From assembly GCA_963841735.1 (NCBI GenBank), contig CAWJDT010000001.1, forward strand, positions 1,600,001 to 1,664,000: a stretch of 64,000 nucleotides of DNA, written 5' to 3'. This document shows positions 1-7,977 of this stretch, one piece after another. Numbering within the stretch: position 1 is the first letter of the stretch; each line of letters begins with the position of its first letter. This DNA is from an uncultured Actinomycetes bacterium. GTDB lineage: Bacteria > Actinomycetota > Thermoleophilia > RBG-16-64-13. Both the position numbers and the translations under genes were made by a program. The notes under the pieces are model-generated. The model was not told where the DNA came from. It searched no databases and saw nothing but the letters and a program-made list of their open reading frames with translations.

Positions 1-93
1 AGAGTCAGGAGCGCGATAGCGAGGAGGAGGAGCGGGACATTCAGCGCCCTCCGGCACTTGATCGTAGGGCCGGTCGGGGAGCGAGGAGGCAAT

Positions 94-411
94 TCAGTCT
101 ACCTCTTGGAACGTGCGCATCTCCAGCATCTCGGGGCTGAGGTGCGAGTACTCTCGCAAGATCTTCTCTTCGGCCAGCGCGGACTTGCGGTGAGTCTCCA
201 AATCCTCCCAGTGGTCCCAGACACTCTCCACCACCACCCGAGTCCGATCGGGTAGATCCAGCGAGAATATGGCCCGCGCAGTGGTGAAGCCCGGTTCGTC
301 CGGTAGGACGGCGCGCAGGTACCCGAGCACCCGCTCCAGAGAAGACCCGGTCTCGAGCTCGTGCTGCCGCTCGGGGGAGATGTCGAAGCTCACCTGGTAG
401 ACATAGGCCAT
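94..411 (-). CDS. Small ferredoxin-like (ABM/dimeric alpha-beta barrel-like) protein in cbb3 operon
   Basis: 105 aa, GGAGG RBS upstream; PGF...VVESVWDHWEDLETH pattern resembles antibiotic biosynthesis monooxygenase domains. Confidence 0.55.
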   Translation of the reverse strand: MAYVYQVSFDISPERQHELETGSSLERVLGYLRAVLPDEPGFTTARAIFSLDLPDRTRVVVESVWDHWEDLETHRKSALAEEKILREYSHLSPEMLEMRTFQEVD

Positions 412-442
412 GTAGTCATCCCTCCTCGCCCGTGGCTGTCGG

Positions 443-748
443 TCACGAGTTCCAGTGCAGCACCAGATACACCACCCAGGCGATCAGCACAGCGGGAACG
501 GCGACGAAGACCACCCAAGGGAGCCCGCCCCCGGCCTCCTCGATCTCACCGTTGAAGCTGTCGATGTAGCCGTCGGGCCTCACGTCCTCGTGACGGCCGT
601 CGTCTTCTTCTCCGCGGTGACCGCTGCTGCCGGGGAGGGTGCGCGAGCGCGTGGGGAGCGCAAAAGCGAAGGCGAAGACGAGGAGAACGATCACCCCGAT
701 CACGAGGCCGATGATCTCAGGCCCCACGCGCAACGCGTTCTGAGTCAT
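443..748 (-). CDS. Small two-TM membrane protein resembling CcoP/FixP N-terminal domain
   Basis: DSFNGEIEEAGGGLPWVV followed by a TM helix parallels the DGIEEYDNPLPxWW motif of CcoP N-termini; start overlaps ccoS stop. Confidence 0.55.
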   Translation of the reverse strand: MTQNALRVGPEIIGLVIGVIVLLVFAFAFALPTRSRTLPGSSGHRGEEDDGRHEDVRPDGYIDSFNGEIEEAGGGLPWVVFVAVPAVLIAWVVYLVLHWNS

Positions 749-924
749 GCCTCGCCTCCCTTCTTGCGCGGCCAGGGTTGCGGTTCGTTATCCTCGAGCA
801 TCTTGTATTTGGCTTCCTCGACGTTGTGAAACTGACCCTTGCGCCAGCCCCACACGATGAAGGCTATACCCACAAGTGTCATAAAGATCATCCACCCGAC
901 CAAGAGCCATAGTCCTAGAGGCAT
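745..924 (-). CDS. ccoS: cbb3-type cytochrome oxidase assembly protein CcoS/FixS
   Basis: 59 aa from ATG 924; TM helix then WGWRKGQFHNVEEAKYKML, matching the FixS W..xxGQFxD motif; translationally coupled (TGATG) to upstream gene. Confidence 0.8.
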   Translation of the reverse strand: MPLGLWLLVGWMIFMTLVGIAFIVWGWRKGQFHNVEEAKYKMLEDNEPQPWPRKKGGEA

Positions 925-2881
925 CACGGACCTCCCGTGGTGGCGGGTGCAGCCGGGACTAGTTCCTGCGTGTACGTGACGACGTTCCAGATGTCCGCGT
1001 CGCTGAGGAAGCGGGCAAACGGAGGCATGACGCTGGCGGGCACCCCGTCCCACACCCGCCAGAACAGGTAGTTGAGGGATAGACCCGCCGGGAGCCGGGC
1101 CGGGCCTCCGCTGGGGCTGTTGACGCTCCCGGAGCCCTCGCCCTCACCGCCGGGGCCGTGGCAGGTGGCGCAGTAGATGGAGAAGACGTTGGCGCCTTGG
1201 GCCACAGAGATCTCGTGGCCTTCGCCGGTCCAGTTGTTGGGGCTGACCGTGGCGAAGTCGGCCGCCACCTCTCCGCTGCCCGCCATGCTCGCAGTGACGG
1301 GTGTGCCCAGGCGGTACGCCTCGATGAGGTACTTGATGGCATCCCAGCGCTGGTCGAGCGGGAGGAACTCGCCCCAGCTGGGCATGGACGTGCCCTTGAT
1401 GCCGAAGGTGACCCGAGCCAACGCTTTGCCTTCGTCACCTTCCCCAAGAGGCACTCTCGCGTCTTCCTGGAGGTCCGCCGGCCGCGGGGTCAGATACTCG
1501 CCGTTCCAGCCCTTGCCGTCACCGGCCAAGCCGTGGCACTGGGCGCAGTTCTGCAGGTAGACGGACCGCCCTCGGGTGAAGGACGCCGTTTCAGGTATCA
1601 CCTCAGTCTTGTACCTGTTGGGGAAGATGAAGTTCTCGCCATCGGGCAGCAACTCGGGGGCCGCCTCGGTCTGTGTGAACACAGTGCGAACGTAGTGCAC
1701 CACGGCCCAACGGTCTTCTTCCGAATACTGCGACTTCCATACCGGCATGGCGCTCCAGGGCAGCCCCTCGCTGATGCGCCAGTAGTAGTCGGCGTCGGTG
1801 AAGATGGGGCTGTCGATGGTGCCGTAGGCCCCGGGATCGTTGAAATCCGGTGGCCGGGGCTGCAGGCCTTCATAGTAGGGGCCGTCGCCTCGGCCGGCGT
1901 CGCCGTGACAAATCATGCATTCGCGGACGAAGATCTGCTTGCCCCGCTCGAGCGTGTCGAGGGTATTGGGGAGCGGGTTGGTGAGACTGGCGTATTCGGC
2001 GGGCGGGTCGCCCTCATCGGGGTCGTGCATGACCGGCCTGGAGAAGGTCTCGCTGGATGTAGCTGATGACCTTCCAGATCTGTTCCTCGGTGAGGCTGAG
2101 CTTCCAGGTGGGCATGACCGTGCCGGGAAGCCCCTCGGAGACATGCCAGAAGAACTGGTCGTCGGGCATAGAACGGAATGGCTCCTGCTTGTAGTCGGCA
2201 GGAGTGACCGACAGGGTGCCCCCGTAGGTGCCCAGGCCGTTGCCGGCGCAGCCGTGGCAGGTCTGGCAGAGTTCGATGTAGGTCTCTTTACCCTGCTGGA
2301 GGCCGGCTGCGACCCAGGTGGGCCACCCTTGCGGCTGGTCGCCACCCGGAAGACCGGTGGGCAGCGCATAAGGATTGGTCAGGCCGGCGTACTCCAGTGG
2401 CGGTGTGATCATGCGGCTCTGCGCCACGCGATCGCCGAGAGAGAAGAGATAGGCGGCGATGGCTCCGAGCTCCTCGTCGGAGAGGAAATCGAACTTGGGC
2501 ATGATCGAGTTGGGAGAGTAATCGCGCGGACTCTTGAGGTGGGCGATCTCCCAGGCCTCGCCGCGCTTACGTCCCACGTAGGAGAGGTCGGGACCGGTGC
2601 GCTCGGAGCCAAGGATCATGGGATTGTCAAAGACGTAGTCGCCCCCCTGCGACACCGCACCCATGGCTGTATCTTCGTCGCGTCACGTACTGCGTGTGGC
2701 AGTAGTTGCAGCCGTTGCCGTAGAACAGCTCTCTTCCGAGCGCTTCCGGGCCGCTGTAGTCCTGTGCCACAAGAGTCTGGGGGGGATTCCAGATGATGTT
2801 CGGCACGAAGACCACCACGGTGACCACGGCGAAGAAGACGATCAGCCCGCCGACGATGATCAGTCTGAAGCTCATTCTCAT
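924..2881 (-). CDS. ccoO: CcoO (cbb3 subunit II) fused to multi-haem cytochrome c domains, 5 CxxCH; two apparent +1 frameshifts (~2683, ~2052)
   Basis: GCNYCHTQYV and LGSERTGPDL..AHLKSPRDYSPNSIMP are CcoO motifs; further CQTCH, CMICH, CAQCH, CATCH each followed by a distal MP motif; ORFs 2627-2881, 2014-2664 and 924-2369 join on removing one base at each junction. Confidence 0.8.
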
Positions 2882-2890
2882 GGCGGTCCC

Positions 2891-4339
2891 CTAGTTCTCG
2901 GCCGCCGGCACGGATGGGGCGCTGAGGACGCCCTCCGGGGCGGGGGTCGTTTGGGGGGCCTGCGCGGGTTGTGTAACAGGCTGGGGGTGCTGCACCGGCA
3001 GGCGCTTGATGACGGTGGCGAACATGTTGTAGCCGAAGAGGAAGAAGCTGGTCACCAGAACCGCTCCGCCGGCCGCCCGCAGGGCCATGTATGAGCGCAG
3101 GCCGGGTAGCACGGTATAGACCGGCAGGCCTTCCTGTACCCAGGACGATCCCTGGACCACCCCTGTCAGGAGAAAGCCCAAGAAGAAGAAAAGGAAGCCG
3201 ACGACATACAGGCTGTATTGCACATTCGCCATGACGCGGCTGTAGATCTTGCAGTCGTAGATGCGGGGGATGACATAGTACATGCCGCCCATGATCACCG
3301 AGGCCGAGAAGAACAACAGAGCAAGATGGGCGTGTCCCGGGACGTACTGCGTGAAGTGGGTCATGAGGTTGACGCTGCGCAAGGCCTGGTGTGAGCCTTG
3401 GAATGACACGAGGATATAGGCGAGCCAGCCGGTGATCATGAAGCGCAGGGAGACGCTGCTGAAGACTCGGTTCCAGTTGCCCCGCATGGTGAGGAAGATG
3501 TTGGCCAGGAAGGCTGTGACGGGCAAGACCATGCCGATGCTGTCGGCGATGGCCACGGTCTTCAGCCAATGGGGGATGGGCGCCCACAGAAGGTGATGCG
3601 CTCCGACACCGGTGTAGAAGAAGATGATGCCCCAGAAGGCGATGAGCGAGAGGAAGTGGCTGTAGAGAGGGGTGCGTGTCTCACGGGGGACGATGTAGTA
3701 GACCACGGCCAAGAGCCCGGTGGTGAACCACAGACCAAGGACGTTGTGCCCGTAGAACCAGTTGAAGATGGTGTCGTTGATGCCGGTGAGCGCGCCGGTA
3801 GGCGGCGCCCACATGACGTTGCCGATGAAGTAGAGAAGAGGCATCCAGATGACGGTGCCGGTGATATACCACAGCGAGACGTACATCTTGCGTTCTACTC
3901 GGCGGTGGATGGTCATGAGCACATTGGCGCCGCCCAGCAGAAGCACGACAATGACCGCCCAATCCACCCACCAGACCATCTCGGCATATTCGCGGCTCTG
4001 GGTGTGAGCGGTGAGGATCCCGATAACTCCCGCCAGGACGGCCAGGTTCCAAAGGATCATGGTGATGTTGCCGAGCTTCTCGCTCCACAGCCGCCGGCCG
4101 GTCAGCCGGGGCACGATGTAGAGTATCAATCCCATCATCCCGCCGGAAAGCCAAGCGAACATGACGGTGTTCACGTGCGCCTGGCGCAGGCGGCTGAAAA
4201 CAAGCGGGCCAAAGCCGTGGATCCAATCGGGAAAGACGAACTCGAGAGCGAGGATCAGGCCCATCAACCCGCCTACGACAAGCCAGGCCGCCGCGGTGAG
4301 CATGAAGTTCTTGCCCGCGCTGTTCTGTTTGTTGAACAT
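2891..4339 (-). CDS. ccoN: cbb3-type cytochrome c oxidase subunit I (family C haem-copper oxidase)
   Basis: 482 aa, ~12 TM; FSRLRQAHVN, REYAE, WFYGHN, YTGVGAHH, GHAH metal-ligand motifs. Confidence 0.93.
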   Translation of the reverse strand: MFNKQNSAGKNFMLTAAAWLVVGGLMGLILALEFVFPDWIHGFGPLVFSRLRQAHVNTVMFAWLSGGMMGLILYIVPRLTGRRLWSEKLGNITMILWNLAVLAGVIGILTAHTQSREYAEMVWWVDWAVIVVLLLGGANVLMTIHRRVERKMYVSLWYITGTVIWMPLLYFIGNVMWAPPTGALTGINDTIFNWFYGHNVLGLWFTTGLLAVVYYIVPRETRTPLYSHFLSLIAFWGIIFFYTGVGAHHLLWAPIPHWLKTVAIADSIGMVLPVTAFLANIFLTMRGNWNRVFSSVSLRFMITGWLAYILVSFQGSHQALRSVNLMTHFTQYVPGHAHLALLFFSASVIMGGMYYVIPRIYDCKIYSRVMANVQYSLYVVGFLFFFLGFLLTGVVQGSSWVQEGLPVYTVLPGLRSYMALRAAGGAVLVTSFFLFGYNMFATVIKRLPVQHPQPVTQPAQAPQTTPAPEGVLSAPSVPAAEN

Positions 4340-4383
4340 GTCCCACCCCTACGGCAAGCGGTGACAAGAATCCAGTCTCGCCC

Positions 4384-4413
4384 ATTCTGTGCCATTGACC
4401 CGGGGGGTGTCAA
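4384..4413 (-). promoter_or_regulatory. Putative ccoN promoter with overlapping palindrome TTGAC-N9-GTCAA
   Basis: Minus strand TTGACA-18-CAGAAT; inverted repeat 4395-4413 covers the -35 and spacer. Confidence 0.4.
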
Positions 4414-4556
4414 CGGGGAAGCGGCGGGGTTCTTGCCGCCAGCACCTTCGCTCCGCTATAGTGGGCCCTTCGGGCGGGTGGCCGTAGACTATGACTGCGG
4501 CTCCGCAAATCAAAGCATCTGCAGGTTCGGCACCCGAACTGCAGGGAGGGAGCAGT

Positions 4557-4931
4557 ATGTCTTCATCAAAATTGTCTTCACGTGGGACTTCGCGTTCTGT
4601 CGCGTCTGTCCTCAAAGTAATGGGGATCGCGATCTTGGTGATCGGCCTGGTTCTCGTCTTCACCGGCTGCGGTGACAAGGCTGGGCTGGTGGGCAAATGG
4701 ACTAGCGCGGCTCAAGAGGAGAACATCGAGTTCACGACCGACGGGAAGATGATCGTCACCAACCTGGACGGATCCGAGCCGATGGAGCTCACCTACAAAG
4801 CCGAGGGTAGCAAGCTGACCGTGGGCATAATGGGAATGGAAAGCACGGTTGACTTCACTCTCAGTGGCGACAAGCTGACGGTCAACGACCCGGAAACGGG
4901 CGATCCTGTGGACTACACGCGCGTGAAATAG
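4557..4931 (+). CDS. Lipoprotein with small beta-barrel domain (DUF5640/lipocalin-like)
   Basis: GGAGG RBS, hydrophobic signal with FTGC lipobox, LVGKW...IEFTTDG motif. Confidence 0.7.
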   Translation: MSSSKLSSRGTSRSVASVLKVMGIAILVIGLVLVFTGCGDKAGLVGKWTSAAQEENIEFTTDGKMIVTNLDGSEPMELTYKAEGSKLTVGIMGMESTVDFTLSGDKLTVNDPETGDPVDYTRVK

Positions 4932-5061
4932 GGCAGTAGCCCCGCCTCGGTCGACCGACCGAGACGGCCGGAGTGGGGTTGTCCGGCTCTGATACGAAGG
5001 GCTCATCGTTGTCGAGGTTTGTGCAGGCCTTCTGTGCAAATGTAGAAGACAGCGGTGAGTC

Positions 5062-5170
5062 CTTCGTAGTTCTCCACCTGATCCGACGTCTATGGGTGTG
5101 CGCCGGGGTCATATTGATGGCTCCCATAGTGTGCACATGGATTCCAGGCGCGGTGTTGCCATGGGACTAG
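5062..5170 (+). pseudogene. 3' remnant of a paralog of the membrane protein gene at 10356-10754
   Basis: FVVLHLIRRLWVCAGVILMAPIVCTWI vs FAVVYLARRRWVCAGVLLVVPIVCTWI; same stop position relative to the repeat. Confidence 0.7.
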
Positions 5171-5497
5171 AGGCTGGTTTCAGCCGCCTCACTGATACCA
5201 GGCGGCGGCCGCGAGGGCGACAAGTGAGGCGTGCCGACTAGTTCCGTGGCCCACCCAAAGGACACGGACTGTCGACGGGATCGCTGCGGAGTCTAGCGCC
5301 ACCGCGAAGGCAGCGAGGCCAAGAAGGGGAAGCGAAGGCGAGCCCCAAGGGGCGCGAAGCCCATCCGAAAGAAGCCCATCCCAAGGGGGGCCGGATCCGA
5401 GATACAAGACAGGCGCTGCTAGGTGTCGATCGCGCGGTGTCGCGACACGTACTCGTGCAGAAGAGCGTTTGCCGCGAGAGCGACACCTAGCAGCGCC
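5171..5497. ncRNA. Candidate structured RNA/DNA element, copy 1
   Basis: Multiple stems (GCCTCACT/AGTGAGGC, TCCGTG/CACGGA, TCGCTGC/GCAGCGA, GCCCC/GGGGC), tandem GAAGCCCATCC, and perfect 17-bp inverted repeat 5412-5428/5481-5497. Confidence 0.35.
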
Positions 5498-6259
5498 CTA
5501 CTCTACGAAGCCCTCTATAACGTAAGTCCCCCCAGCCTTCTTCTCCCGGTGCAGCGTGATGAGCAGACGCTTCTCAGCGTCCTGGAGCAGGCTGCTGAAG
5601 CTGCGGTAGCCGTAAGCTGACTCGTTGAACGAGGGACGCTTGCGCTGCATGGTGTCTTTGACCATGGAGGCGAAGATAGGGTCCTTGTTCTCGCGGATGA
5701 GAGCCGCGATGGACTCCAGCAGCAGGTCGAAGACTTCCCTCTTCTCCTCGGGGATGTTTTTGGCCTGCGGGCTCGGTGCGGGCGGCGCCGCCTGCTTCTC
5801 CAGATCCTCGTAGAAGATGAACTCGTCGCAGTTGTCGACGAGTAGGACGGAGGTCGACTCCCTCATGCCTATGCCGATGACGTGCTTGCCGTTCTCCTTG
5901 AGCTTCGACACCAGGGGCGAGAAGTCGGAATCCCCCGACACTATGACGAAGGTGTCGATGTGCTCCTTCGACCAGGCCAGGTCCATGGCGTCTACGGCCA
6001 GCCGGATATCGGCCGAGTTCTTGCCGGTCATCTGCCGCCGCGGGATCTCGATGAGCTCGATGGCGTTCTCGTGCAGCGGCCTGGTGTATTGCTTGTACTC
6101 GTTCCAATCGGCGTAGGCCTTCTTGACGATGACCTTGCCCTTCTCGACCAGGCGTTCGAGGATCTTGTGGATGTCGAACTCACCGCGCCGGTGCTTGAAG
6201 CCTATGGCGAGGTTCTCGAAGTCGATGAAGACGGCCAGGGTGCGTTCGTGCTCGGCCAT
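5498..6259 (-). CDS. NYN domain (LabA/DUF88 PIN-like) RNase with C-terminal OST-HTH/LOTUS domain, copy 1
   Basis: FIDFENL, KNSADI, SGDSDF acidic motifs; KRPSFNESAYGYRSFSSLL LOTUS motif; 253 aa from ATG 6259. Confidence 0.9.
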   Translation of the reverse strand: MAEHERTLAVFIDFENLAIGFKHRRGEFDIHKILERLVEKGKVIVKKAYADWNEYKQYTRPLHENAIELIEIPRRQMTGKNSADIRLAVDAMDLAWSKEHIDTFVIVSGDSDFSPLVSKLKENGKHVIGIGMRESTSVLLVDNCDEFIFYEDLEKQAAPPAPSPQAKNIPEEKREVFDLLLESIAALIRENKDPIFASMVKDTMQRKRPSFNESAYGYRSFSSLLQDAEKRLLITLHREKKAGGTYVIEGFVE

Positions 6260-6408
6260 ATGGTGTCGGTGCTCTGACGTCAAGCCAACCACGTCGGGAG
6301 ACTTCTGTGGCTCTTCCTGCTGAGCGGCGGCGGATGCCGAATGTGGTTTCCGCCTACGGCATGGGACCAGGTAAACACGGTTCCACGGGCTCCTTGGCAG
6401 TATTGCAG

Positions 6409-6437
6409 TTGACACCCTCAAGACGAGTGTCTACAGT
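6409..6437 (+). promoter_or_regulatory. sigma70-type promoter for the cassette genes
   Basis: TTGACA-17 bp-TACAGT; GACAC...GTGTC inverted repeat across the spacer. Confidence 0.6.
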
Positions 6438-6656
6438 GTGCACTGAAGGACGTTCTGGTTGGCACTCGGGGCCTAGAGAACGCGGGGAGGGGAAGGGGGG
6501 AAGGCGCAGTGCTTTGCCATCCACACTGACCGTATGCCAATGCCGGGGCGTGTTGTCGATGCCAATGATCGTGGCGCAATCCGCAAGGTCGCTAGAGAGG
6601 GGTGGGGTATGGGCGGTCCATTGGGTCCATTGATTTCGAGTTGGCGCATTCGGGTG

Positions 6657-7790
6657 ATGGTGGCCGTTGCAGCAGTGTCTTTGGCTCTGGTGCTTGTCGT
6701 GCTGGGAAGCGTCGCAGGCGCGGCCGACATGGGTCCTATGGAAGGGGAGTTTCCGGTGGATCCCGCGGCGCAGAACGGAGTCGTCCACCTGCGGATCGTC
6801 ACGGATCAAATCGATACCAAGAGAAGTCTGTCAAGGGATCTTTGGCTTGAGACTTCGACTGGGGATTTTCTGGCGGTGGAGCGAGAGAACTCGGAAGTTG
6901 TGTCAGTCGCGGCGTGCGATGGCACCTCGGTGAAGAAGTACGATGTCTCCTCCCACCGGGCGGGCAACTTCACGCTCGCAAAGCTGATGTTCGTGGAGCC
7001 CGATGTGGTCACGTCACAACGCGGCTCGCTTGAGGCCTTGCGGGGCTGGGTCGCGGATATGGTCAGGCAGAGCGGCGAAGCCGGCGAGTCAGCGATTGTG
7101 CACGGTCGCGCGGCTCTTGCATATGCCGATATCGGCCAGGGCCAGTCGACGCCCCGCGCAACAGAGGTGTCTCAGCTGGATCTGGTGGTGGACGAAAGCA
7201 CCGGCTTGCCTCTCCAGGCGGTCGTCCACCGGCCAAACGGCGATGTGCTCAGTCGCACGGAGTACGACTATGAGGTTGCCGGTGCCCCGGAAGGGGGATT
7301 CACCGTGGTGTTCCCGGAAGGCTACTACGTTCAGACAGACCAGGATCTCGCTCCTCCTGGGGAAGACAATCTGACTGTGGGGGAGCTGGTCCGTACGGTG
7401 AAGCACCCCGTGTACTGGGCTGGCGACAGCTTCGAAGCCCGGTCGTTGACTGGCTGCAAGGTGGCCAAATCCGGGGTTGTGAATCTCAAGTACGGAGAGG
7501 ACGGGGATTACCCCAGCAAGTCGGGTGCGTCTCCCCTGATATCGGTCTATGAGTACGTTCCCTCAGAACTCGACCCGGAGGTCCTGTCGAGCATCGAAGG
7601 ACAGCTGACGAACCCGAGAAGGGTTGAGGGGAAACGCGGCACATACACCGTGTATGACGCTGCCCTGAACGGCATGCCTATGCTCGAGGTGGTTATTGGG
7701 GATGTTCATGTTGTGATCGCGGACGTTGAAGAAGGTGATGTCGGGGTCATGGTCCGTGCTGCGGACGCCCTGTTCGAAGCTGTGGATTGA
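6657..7790 (+). CDS. Secreted protein, LolA/RseB-like fold predicted (start uncertain; ORF open from 6534)
   Basis: Signal-like MVAVAAVSLALVLVVLGSVAGA; LVVDESTGLPLQ motif typical of LolA-like proteins. Confidence 0.6.
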   Translation: MVAVAAVSLALVLVVLGSVAGAADMGPMEGEFPVDPAAQNGVVHLRIVTDQIDTKRSLSRDLWLETSTGDFLAVERENSEVVSVAACDGTSVKKYDVSSHRAGNFTLAKLMFVEPDVVTSQRGSLEALRGWVADMVRQSGEAGESAIVHGRAALAYADIGQGQSTPRATEVSQLDLVVDESTGLPLQAVVHRPNGDVLSRTEYDYEVAGAPEGGFTVVFPEGYYVQTDQDLAPPGEDNLTVGELVRTVKHPVYWAGDSFEARSLTGCKVAKSGVVNLKYGEDGDYPSKSGASPLISVYEYVPSELDPEVLSSIEGQLTNPRRVEGKRGTYTVYDAALNGMPMLEVVIGDVHVVIADVEEGDVGVMVRAADALFEAVD

Positions 7791-7977
7791 AGACAGTGGT
7801 GACGCTCGCTCAGCATATGGGGCCGACAAGAGGGTTCCATACGTGGCAACAGCGCACACATGTTCGTGTCGTTTCGCGAAACCAGCGGTGGAGCGCTGAC
7901 GTGTCACACTGGTTTGAAGTGACAAGACATGAATCCGCCGACGGAGTCGCCAACAACAGCGTCAGAAAGGCAAGCCG

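Larger units (their letters stand above)
5165..6274. repeat. Direct repeat copy 1 (structured non-coding element + NYN gene); partner at 10749-11858
   Basis: Constant offset 5584; 5165-5533 identical to 10749-11117 by eye; NYN CDS differs mainly at synonymous sites; similarity ends at 6274/11858. Confidence 0.95.

Noticed and set aside
2891-4339. Nitric oxide reductase NorB
   Set aside because: Retains the family C helix-VII Tyr and HN motif, and is followed by ccoO and ccoS
4395-4413. FNR/CRP box upstream of ccoN
   Set aside because: Half-site spacing is 9 bp, not the 4 bp of TTGAT-N4-ATCAA; kept only as a generic palindrome
5189-5486. Duplicated 72-aa and 82-aa minus-strand ORFs, and a Lys/Arg-rich plus-strand frame
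   Set aside because: No RBS or recognisable domain; the plus frame is interrupted by TAG; identity between copies just reflects the DNA repeat
5412-5497. Integron attC site
   Set aside because: The GCTAGGT/ACCTAGC boxes deviate from GTTRRRY/RYYYAAC and are in the wrong order; no intI in the window
6260-6421. 54-aa N-terminal extension of NYN copy 1
   Set aside because: Absent from copy 2 and lies outside the repeat; ATG 6259 matches the copy 2 start
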